From Halocafeteria seosinensis (lineage: Eukaryota): a DNA stretch of 20,178 nt. The translations under genes and the position numbers were made by a program. The first letter of the stretch is position 1. Every line of letters begins with the position of its first letter. Of the stretch, positions 1 to 9,239 are shown one piece after another. Under the pieces are notes generated by a model that saw nothing but the letters and a program-made list of their open reading frames with translations, was not told the DNA's origin and made no database searches. The stretch is from contig LVLI01000359.1 in NCBI GenBank assembly GCA_001687465.1, positions 62,001-82,178 of the forward strand. The letters are read 5' to 3'.

Positions 1-1941
1 GCGCCTTGAGATTACGGGGATCTCTAGTTTGTCATCAGCCCTTAAAACGTTCCATTCTTTAGAGGAGGGAACCGAGCATTCTTTGACGAGGCATGTCTCT
101 TCTTGTAACGCTGCACTCATATTCGAAATGATGTTTCCGGTGTCTTCCTCCGAAATAGCCTTCTGCTTCTGATTCACAGCGTCAATTAACGACGTCGCAG
201 CGTCAACATCGAACAAGTCAAGAATTTCATCTACTCGTTCCTTATGGTGAATCAAAGACTCCAACAGATCTTCGCCACTAACTGTTACTCTACAGGGGCC
301 TACAGAAGCCAACACGTTTGGTCCAAAATCGTCGTCGTCGTTGTTTCTTGGGGCAGTGTTATCGTTCTTCTTCGCAATGGCTTCATCAAAAAGACGGAAT
401 TCATAGCAGCCGAACTTCTTTGGCATATAAAATTTGACGAAACAGTTTGGAGGAATATTACCATCCTTGTCAGGACGAAGTCTTTGATTTTTCATCGTTA
501 TGTACTCATGAGCGTCTCTGGTTCCCACTCGATAAAGTCCAACGTACAGAATTTTCTTTGGTGGACAGGGACCAGACAAGAATACTTTTATGTAGTCATG
601 AGGTCCAGTCACGAGGGGAGAGATTCTAAGTTTGTGGATCTTCGATTTACCAACCCCGTTCTCCTCTTGAGCAGCGTGGTTTTTCTTCGGGTTCTGTTTA
701 TTCCGGGAGCCACCAGTCGAGTTGGAGGCCGTATCATTGTCATTTCCAGCCGGTTTATTGTCTCCACTGCTTTCCCTCCCACGCCCACCTCTTCCCTTTG
801 GCTGCCGTTCCAAGTTCTGGTTTGGATTTTTCCGTTGCTTTCCACCTCGTGACGTCGAGTTACTAGGAGCTTTGCAGGCAGCATGCGTCTTTGGAGTAGA
901 GTCAGTAACCTTAGGCTCATAAGAGGATTCTTGTCGAGGTTCAGAGAGCAGTGGAGCTACTGGGGCTTGTCCAGCTGCCGAGGGGGGCTCACTGCCGTAG
1001 TTCGAATGCTGTGGGTGAGTCGACTGAAATGAGCTAGGCCAGCCGGCGTGCCCTTGGTTCGACCAAGTGTTCTCTTCATGAAACCCATTTTGGCCTTGTA
1101 AAAACTCTCCATGTGTACGTTCCTGATCATCGGGGCCACGTTGAGAAGCCGTCCTCAGACTATGCGCCCCACTAGTCCTATTGTCAACCGCCGTCTCATG
1201 TCCTCCACCAGCATCCGGACTGTTTAACCCTGCCGTAGACAGCAACATTTCCAAATTATCCAGTATGTCGTTAGGCTGACTGCCAACTCCCTGTGAAGGG
1301 TTTTGGGCGATCCTTAATCCGGGTAGAGTACCGTCTCCACCAGGCTGAGTCGCAGGGCCATAACCCTGATAGACTGCAGGATGCCAATGCTGTGGATACC
1401 CAGCGTAGCTGGTACTCTGCGAGTTGGACGGCCACTGCTGCGATCCTTCATATCCCCAAGGTTGCGAGGGTATCGCATTTGTAGCTTGATTATACGGATG
1501 GGGGTAATACCCCGCTGTCTGAGGTTGCTGGAAGGGCATTCCTTGAGGAGGATATTGCTGAAACCCCTGTCCTGAGGGCGGCGCTTGGTGGTGTAGTGGC
1601 TGGNGCGCAGCCATGCCTCCACTTTGCCCGAAAACTTGTTGCTGCGCTGGAAGAGGATGTTGTTGCCGCCCTTGGCCAGGAAGTGGTGGGGTTCCTGCAC
1701 TCAAGCCCAGTCCTGCAGAAGGAACACGGCCTCCATCTGCAACAGGTGCTGCTCCTCCTACTCCTTGAGGCGGTGGTGGCTGGTGCATATCGTAATTCGC
1801 AGGCACCATCGGAGGGTATACATGCCCAGAAGGCATCTGAGGAGGGGGAAAGTGGTGATGATGTGGTGGCTGGCTTCCTCTATTGTCTGCACTTTCCTGG
1901 CCTCCTGGAGGAGGCTGGTGCTGTTGTTGATAAGGGTCCAT
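1..1941 (-). CDS. Uncharacterised large protein, 3'-truncated by the window edge (>=647 aa): Q/P/G/Y-rich low-complexity N-terminus, basic/RGG-like linker, SKICH-like beta domain
   Basis: I checked the minus frame codon by codon from ATG 1941 to base 1 and found no stop (one N at 1604). It begins MDPYQQQHQPPPGGQESADNRGSQPPHHHHFPPPQMP, contains KGRGGRGR, then PHDYIKVFLSGPCPPKKILYVGLYRVGTRDAHEYITMK...FVKFYMPKKFGCYEFRLFDE...NVLASVGPCRV (~620-280). The ORF track omits it, apparently because no stop falls inside the window. Confidence 0.88.
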   Translation of the reverse strand, partial: MDPYQQQHQPPPGGQESADNRGSQPPHHHHFPPPQMPSGHVYPPMVPANYDMHQPPPPQGVGGAAPVADGGRVPSAGLGLSAGTPPLPGQGRQQHPLPAQQQVFGQSGGMAAXQPLHHQAPPSGQGFQQYPPQGMPFQQPQTAGYYPHPYNQATNAIPSQPWGYEGSQQWPSNSQSTSYAGYPQHWHPAVYQGYGPATQPGGDGTLPGLRIAQNPSQGVGSQPNDILDNLEMLLSTAGLNSPDAGGGHETAVDNRTSGAHSLRTASQRGPDDQERTHGEFLQGQNGFHEENTWSNQGHAGWPSSFQSTHPQHSNYGSEPPSAAGQAPVAPLLSEPRQESSYEPKVTDSTPKTHAACKAPSNSTSRGGKQRKNPNQNLERQPKGRGGRGRESSGDNKPAGNDNDTASNSTGGSRNKQNPKKNHAAQEENGVGKSKIHKLRISPLVTGPHDYIKVFLSGPCPPKKILYVGLYRVGTRDAHEYITMKNQRLRPDKDGNIPPNCFVKFYMPKKFGCYEFRLFDEAIAKKNDNTAPRNNDDDDFGPNVLASVGPCRVTVSGEDLLESLIHHKERVDEILDLFDVDAATSLIDAVNQKQKAISEEDTGNIISNMSAALQEETCLVKECSVPSSKEWNVLRADDKLEIPVISRR

Positions 1942-3294
1942 TTCGGGACGGTAAAGAACTCGTTCTCCTCTGTCTGAAAGTAACCCTTTACAATTGTGAG
2001 TAACACAATACAACGCCAAATAAGAACTCTATCCGTAGGGACTTCAAGAAAAAAGCTTGAGGACACTTTTGTTGAGGAAGTTAGCCCGTCACTGATACAG
2101 GCAAGTCCTGCTACTGCTACAAGTAACAAAAGTACCTCACTCAAACGAAGGTGGGTTGTCAATTAACCACTGTGAACAAACTTCCAAAATTACAACTGGA
2201 AACATGTACAAGTACCCACCATGTCATGACTACACGACTGGAACTGCTGGAAGCCTTGCACTTGAGAATTCCACGAGGAAGTGCGTGTATTGTATTTATC
2301 CTACCGCAAGAATTGCTGTCGAGGAAATCCACCAGCGTCGTTTGCAGTTCGATTATATGTTCTGAAGGATCACAAAATTCCATTCTATCTACGGTTGTTA
2401 CGAATTCCGACTCGAATTGGCATGATTTACACCCCAACATGTATGTATGTGACAGACATCCCACCGGCCGGGGAGTTGACCGCAACCTCATGACATGATT
2501 TCGACACTTCACACTCATTGCAGATGAATGTCTTGTGTAAACAGAAAGAAATTGTACTCTGTCGTCCTTTGATTTTTCAAAAATATTGGGTTGATAACAT
2601 GAACTTGATAACTGTTACCATGGGTTTGTACAACGTTTACAAGTTCAGAGCTTGTTATTAGTTGATTGTTAGAACTCATTTCTCTGGACTACTTTTTACC
2701 AGCCAATTGTCCTTCTGATTGTCCTGTATAGACTGTCATGCTCGGTTCCCGGCTTCCTTGTGATTTTCACCATCTATTGATACAGAAGCAGTTTGTGGGC
2801 GACATGCTGGTTAAGAGGATGGAAGCTTATTTTGACGGAGAACAAAGCTGGCCTTTTTTTACCTTTCAAGTGGTGACGAAATAGCAGCTGCTTTGAAGAG
2901 GCAGCTCTCGTGCGGAGGGAGTTATGCGAATTGTGGGACGCAGAAGTCGAACGCAAAGCAGTTTGCTATCTCGGAAAAGATAAGCGAGCCCCCTGCAAGC
3001 GTTAAAAGTTAAGTTGAGGAAGACTACTATGAAACTCGTTGAGTGCCGATCTTGTCTATGGCGTCAAGAGAGAACTGCGGGAAGAAAAACCGGACAAGCT
3101 TGCTGTTCCCCATCGGACTCGGCACTGACTACGACATATACCGAGCTAGCGTATCCGATGACCTCCCTCTGATTGAAATGGATTTGATAGGACTGGAAAA
3201 GTTTCTTCCCAAACGTAGTCGCCAGGTTCAGGGTTCAATCACCATTCGGCTGTCTTCCTGTGTTCCGCCATCCAAAGTCCCACAACCGAACTCT

Positions 3295-3295
<1 letters not shown>

Positions 3296-3334
<39 letters not shown>
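3296..3334. repeat. (CT)n microsatellite, ~19 units
   Basis: Perfect CT dinucleotide run seen directly. Confidence 0.97.
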
Positions 3335-3336
<2 letters not shown>

Positions 3337-3579
3337 GGCACATCACAAGATACGCCTACAGCCTATTCGAAAAAGTAAGCAGGACAGAAGAGTGAGAGAA
3401 TGCCCCCAATGCCTAACCGTGCACTAGGGGATTCTTACCTGTATTCGTGTCTTGGAAGTGAATCCCGCTCTGTCGAAGGGTCGATTCCTTGTGAAACCAT
3501 GACGAAGATGTGACTGATGGCCCACCGGCAGCTGGATGTTAGCCGTGTGAAACCTAAGCTAGTGGTGGGCCCTCGTGAG

Positions 3580-4990
3580 TCAGTCGCCATAAACGACCTG
3601 GCAACGTGATGTCTTCTTTATATTATCTGCAACTCTTTGCTGTTTTGGTTTCCTTGATAAGGGTATATACCATTCCGGAGTCATGTTAGCCAGGGAACGT
3701 GCCACATCATTGAAAGGGCCTTGCAACGGAGAATCATGATGCTTCCTGACGTTAAAGTATCTTACGTTAAAATAAAATACACTCATGATGACACATTCAA
3801 GTGGGTGACTGGACATACCTTACTAGTTGGTGAAACTTCGATATTGGCTCCTCGTCATGCTTGTGACAGAAGGATGTAAACCACCTCAATCCCTTATAGA
3901 CATGGCCTACTTCCTCATTTCCAATTTGTTCTAACACAGCAGAGCTGGAGTGGTCACCCACAGACAATAGCTTCCCTGCCAAGCGGGGTGCTGAGTCTAA
4001 AGCTTTCGCCTCCTGAACAAGAGGTACTATCGCCAATCGTGCTCTTAAGTCTTCCTTGGTTTTAAGACAGTCCTCCCATAAACCTTGGTGAGCCGGGAGA
4101 TCTCCATAGTAACTTCCATGTTCCCTTAGACGACTTGTAAGCCACATGTAGTGGCGAGCTTCATCTCGTGCTATATCTAAAAGGTCCACAAACATCTGTT
4201 TCATAATCATTCACTCGCACACATCCATTGACAGAGTCAGGCCTGTGTATCAGAAAGAGTGGTTGACGTACTTGTGTCGGCAACTCCTTTAAACCGTAGA
4301 ATCTGACAATAGTGTCCCAGTATAGATCTGAATTCAAGAAGTAAATACACTTCCCTAGCGCTCCATTCAATGAGTTCAGTCGGACATACCGATTGCATTC
4401 AGTTCGATGTGTGCTAGGGAGTGCAATATGTATACCGCTAACGGGACTCTTGGCCTCTTGAATTCATTCGCTTTGACGAGATTTGGTTTGGTAGGACGCC
4501 CGGGAAACTTGGGAATATGATTCCGACGCGTGTCGTCGTATCTACTTATGATGTCCTCCCATCGGTTCTCATCCACCAACGAGTCCAACCCGTTCGTTTT
4601 CTCCTCATCAAAGTCACTATACCTTACGCGATAGAGAATTTCTCTTTCCTCCGCAGTGACTACGCTTCCCCCATCTGTGTCTCTCAAGAGACGCTCTGTC
4701 TCTTGCGTACTATGAGTCGAAGGCAGAGTCTCCAGTTGCTTCCAAGTCTGACGAGTCAGGGTGGCCTTCACTTCCGGATCCCTGGAATGGAGGATTCGCA
4801 GGCCGATTTCCTGTAAGTCGATTCCCTGTCTACCTCCACCAACGGCGTATACACTGTGAGAACGCCAGCGTGGCCGCAAGAACCTTGAAGGAATTGAAAA
4901 ACAGCTTCCGAATCGGTGTCTCGCCACAGTTCTACTGACATCAGCAGCCTCACCAAGATGGACAGCAAAGGTCCGACTACCAAGTGACAT
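3580..4990 (-). CDS. DUF455 family ferritin-like (di-iron carboxylate) protein, 399 aa, 4 exons (4990-4390, 4327-4272, 4195-3819, 3745-3580)
   Basis: The spliced product contains LHSLAHIELNAIDLYWD, DEARHY, YGDLPAHQGLW, RLAIVPLVQEAKALD, EEVGHVYKGLRWF and GPFNDVARSLANMTPEWY, the motif series of DUF455. GT-AG introns at 4328-4389, 4196-4271 and 3746-3818 keep the frame (1200 nt CDS). Confidence 0.9.
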
Positions 4991-5389
4991 TCTCTATGAC
5001 CTTGTCCAAGCTTTGGCAACAAGTTTGTAGGGTCAATACAAGTTGTTTTTTTTTTTTTTCTTCTTTTCATGAGCTGTGTCTCTCGTGTTACAATAGCTGG
5101 CCGGAGGATGCGGTCGCAAGCACACCTTTGCGACACGAGGCTTCCAAAAACAATGCGTTGGTTCGGGTTTGTTTGTACCTGTGCGCTCTGCAGACGCACG
5201 ACCTCATTATCTGTGATGGTACGATTGTTGTTTCATTTGGGTGAATGTGAGGCCATCCTTATCGGGGGAAAACATTCATAATTACCATAGCACGATTCTG
5301 CCACCCACGGAGAAAGCGACCATTGGTTGAGGGGGCTTCAAGGAGGTCTTCCATACATATCCCCCAGTCCCGTGGACGATCGCTAGACC
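4991..5389. promoter_or_regulatory. Probable bidirectional promoter region between the DUF455 gene and RAB28
   Basis: 399 bp between divergent ATGs. Contains a poly-T tract and the inverted repeat GTCGCAA-N8-TTGCGAC (5113-5134). Confidence 0.45.
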
Positions 5390-6289
5390 ATGCCACCGAA
5401 GCGCAACAAAGGAACGCGATTGTCCTCGCGGGAATCGGAAAGCGACGATGAAGGACAAATCCTCCATTTCAAAGTATGTATGGCTTCGTTTGGGTTCCCA
5501 CTGTCCAATGCAACCAACCGTGTGCTTGTGTATGTGGTATGATGCAGATAGTGGTTCTCGGCGATGGGGCTGTGGGTAAGACCAGTATATGCCACAGGTT
5601 CACGGAGGAAAAGTTCTCCTACGCGTATAAGCAAACAATCGGCCTGGACTTCTTTCTGAAAAGGCTTATCTTACCGGGCAATGTACAGGTTGCTCTACAA
5701 ATATGGTAAGGGAATACTTCCCATGGCACTTTTTGTGGCATCCGGGTATGGTAATTTAGGGGTTCCGAACTGCAGGGACATTGGAGGACAAACGTTAGGT
5801 TCCAAGATGTTAAAGCGGTACATTGCTGGAGCGGATGCGATTCTGTTTACCTATGATATCACAAATTATCAGTCGTTTCAAAATTTAGAAGACTGGGTAC
5901 GGGTAGTTACACATACAAATACAGACGATGCGGAACCAGAGGAGGGAGGAGACTCTAAAGCTGACCCGGATGAAGATGACTTACCTTACTTTGCCCTCCT
6001 GGGGAATAAGAGTGACCTTTCACACGTGAGGACCGTTAGAATGCAGAAGCATGCAGCATTCGCTGAGGAAAACGGGATGAGCTCATTTCTATTATCGGCG
6101 AAAACAGGGGATCAAGTTCCCACAACGTTCTTTAAGATTGCTGCTGATTTAGCTGGAATTCCTCTATCGAAACCGGATACGCAAGTTCGCACTAAAGTAG
6201 TCAAGGCAGAGTTAGTAGACCACGATAAGGACGATCCGGATGTTAAAGAACCAGATATGAGTAGAGGAAGGAGATGTACTATACAATAA
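5390..6289 (+). CDS. RAB28: Ras-related small GTPase Rab28, 251 aa, 3 exons (5390-5473, 5548-5705, 5776-6289)
   Basis: P-loop [19 protein letters not shown], the Rab28-type WDIGGQ (W codon split by intron 2), GNKSD, SAKTG, VVKAELV and a C-terminal CaaX (CTIQ). Introns 5474-5547 and 5706-5775 are GT-AG. Confidence 0.93.
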
Positions 6290-6359
6290 TAATGATAAAT
6301 ATTCGGAATGACCAATTAAAACCTGTAAGGTAGTGCATTTGTTTCTCGTCTCAACAAGT

Positions 6360-8370
6360 CTAACGCCTCTCTGTGGCAGTACTGTTACGGGATAGTGAAC
6401 TGCTCAGCGAAGCTCCCTTGTACAGGCCGTTTTGGGTTTTCTTGCCGAAAGGTGTCGACGTAAGACCAACGCGGCTGTTTTGCTTTGATGAGCTTGCGGG
6501 AGTACGCGCAATGGTCCCACTTGCCCACGTCGTCGAAGCACTCAGAGTGTGTCCTCCCTCCGATATTTTGAGCCCGTAAGTCTCAGCAGTTCGCACTGCC
6601 TTTTTGTACAGTCCGCGTGCCCGCTTTAGTGCCATCTCAGATATCTCGAGTTTTCGCTCCCAGTTTGATAGCTCCCTTTCCAGGTTCTGCATTTTTTCTT
6701 TCTGCTCCACGTAATCCATAGTCCGTGGGAGGTTCTCGGTTGCTGATAATTGTCCAGATAAGGAATGTACTTGACTTTCCCCTTTCTTTATCTCGTTTGC
6801 AACTTGTTCATTTTCCTGTTTCAACCTCTGAAGCAGCTCACTCCGAGTTGATATTTCCTGTTTTCTCCAAGAACACTCTTGTAATAACGTATTAAGACGG
6901 TGCTTCAGAGCATTCAACGTTTGTACTGTTTGACCGGTTGACATTTTAAGTTGCAATAACTGTTGGTTCTTCTCTTCAATTTTCTGTAAATACTGTTTGT
7001 TCTCAATCTGCAGTTGGTGGAAGTCTATATAATGGAGAACATCCCCCATTTCTTCTTTCTGACGAAGCTGCGTCTCCGCTTTCTTGATACTATTTCGAAG
7101 GCTCGTGTTCTTCAGTCGAAGTTTTTCGACTAAGGCATCTTTTGCTCGTAATTTGTCTTCGAAGTACTTTGTAACCTTCTCTGCCATAATTTTGCCGGTT
7201 CGTGAATTTTCTGCGCCTTGAACAATGTCTCGCCGGAACTCGTATCCCTCCTTTTCCAGTTCTCTTATACGAATATTTGTTTGCTCCAGCACAGCCTGCA
7301 GTATACGAATCAACATATCGTGTGAACAGTATGTGTCAAGGTTTACTCTATATATTAAGCATACCTTTAGCGTCTCAATCATCTGTGTATACTTTTTATC
7401 CATAGACTGATTCTCTTTCTGATAGTGGTCCAATTCTGACGACGCGATCTCTAATTTTTGATCGATTGTTAGCGTTGTGGGCCCCTTCTGTTTTTTCCCA
7501 CGCTTCTTCCTCCACGACTTTTTAGATTCTTCCCCAGATTGCGCGAATAAATCTTCGTTTGGCTGCATAAGATAGCAAATACAGATATTGAAAAGCATTC
7601 GTATAGCCTGCAGCGCCCTGAACAAAACGAACACGTACGTCAACATGTCGCCGTAAGTATGACTCGAAAATCTCTTGTTCCAGTTCTAGATGTCGTACTC
7701 TTTTCCTCTTCTCCTCCAGCTGTAGAGACGTATTAACATATAAAAAAGTACTCATTCTATGTATGAAAGACCAACTAACCTTTTTTTCTAACTCATCCGG
7801 ATCTTTATCCATTAGCGAATGATCCTCTCCTATATCCTGAACCTCTTCGAAGCTCTTATCAGTGCCAGCTTGGCTCCATGTCTTATGTTGTTGCGTAGCA
7901 GTGGAAGCACCTGTTTCTTCCTGGCGTTGTTCTATTGCCTCGGCTTCGGCGTCGGTACCCACTTCTTGAAGACTGCGTTCTTCGTGAATACCCAAGCCAC
8001 CTTCCTCTTCTGTTTTCCCATGCTCTTCCTGCTCTTGCCCTTCGGATTCTTCGTTATCTTTTCGACCTTCATCTTGCTCTTCATCTTCTCCGTATTGACC
8101 TTCTTGTGGCTGCTCTTCCTCCTCCTCACCACGTTCATCTTCTCCATCTCTTTCCTCCTCTTCTTCATTCTCCTCTCTTTCCCCTTCCTCTTCCTCTGCA
8201 TCATTGGCGTCCGCATGCTGCTCTTGGTCCTCCTCCTCCTCCTCCCCCTCTTGCTCTTCCACTCCACCGCCTCCTGGAGCATCTGAGGGGCCTGTATCAT
8301 CGTTTTCCTGTGCTAGCTCATCTTCCGCGGGTTGCTCAGTCGGGGGAGTTTGGTCACCTTCCTCAGACAT
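6360..8370 (-). CDS. CCDC113: Cilia/flagella coiled-coil protein CCDC113/CFAP263 (DUF4201 family), 601 aa, 4 exons (8370-7780, 7719-7639, 7562-7365, 7295-6360)
   Basis: LTIDQKLE..., YEFRRDIV, KIMAEKVTKYFEDK, EKLRLKNTSL, QLRQKEEMGDVLHYIDFHQLQIENKQY and LLQLKMSTGQTVQTLN follow the CCDC113 pattern better than the paralogue CCDC96. GT-AG introns at 7720-7779, 7563-7638 and 7296-7364. Confidence 0.85.
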
Positions 8371-9239
8371 TTTCTCACCGACTCTAGTGCCCTACCACCA
8401 GCAGGCACACACACACGCGCTGTATTCACTGTATTAGTGGGTGAATGAATCAATTCTACAAATTCCAGCGTTACTGGAAGCTAGGGGATGAATCCCTGCA
8501 CACCCTGGCCTTAACGGTAAGTCGCGCCAGTCGCAAGTTCACAAGGACCTTATGCCATATGGTCGGTATCACATGATACGGATAACAATCTCGGGGATAC
8601 GAGAGCTGGCGGGGGGGGGGTCCGAAAACTGTGCGATATTGTACAATCGAAGGACATGTATGGATGACGTATCTACATTCACCCTCGAGGCTTGGACCAA
8701 ATCCGCTTGGAAGTTCAATTTGACCCTTCTGCCAAGACTCAATTATTATTGCATCAAGGCTACGGACGAAACAAGTATGCTCTCCTAGCTTAAAACAGAT
8801 TATATGGACGCGTTTATTGAGTTGATACCCTAATGTGACCGGACGGTCGTCGTAACAACGGTGTTACACTGAAGAGCGACTCCGAATCACAGGCTGATGA
8901 TTTAGATCCTCGATGTGTATGGACGGACACACTAGCAAGGAAAGCTCGTTTGAATGGAAAGATGAAAGTATGCAATCTTGCTGCCGCAAAGCGTGTAAAT
9001 CAGAAGGGAATATCTGAAGCTGCATCGTACACGTCAAACAAAACTGCGACTTGACTCCTTAGCAGCTAGCTTAGCTCCACACAAGATCAACGTCGCTTTC
9101 TGGGGCTGTTTGGTGTGTATTCTGGCAGTTTGTGATCCCGGATCAAGGCGCAGAGGTTATAGGTTCCTCTGTCGAGACGTGTGATTGTTTCGAGCAGTTT
9201 TGATAGAGTTTGTGGGGTTGAAAGAGGAGACAAGGCACC

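Noticed and set aside
244..2003. Plus-strand ORFs 244-852, 1381-1575, 1596-2003, 1624-1977 and minus ORFs 1314-1700, 609-920
   Set aside because: They are antisense or alternate-frame shadows of the continuous 647-codon minus-strand ORF and show no recognisable motifs.
2614..2627. RFX X-box-like GTTACCATGG sequence
   Set aside because: The second half-site is missing and it is not upstream of the ciliary genes.
7819..8437. Hydrophobic Leu/Phe-rich and Pro/His-rich plus-strand ORFs resembling membrane proteins
   Set aside because: They are reverse-complement shadows of the GAA/GAG-rich acidic exon of CCDC113.
1992..8590. lac-operator-like half matches (AATTGTGAG at 1992, CGGATAACAAT at 8580)
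   Set aside because: Short, 6.5 kb apart and without vector context, so most likely chance.
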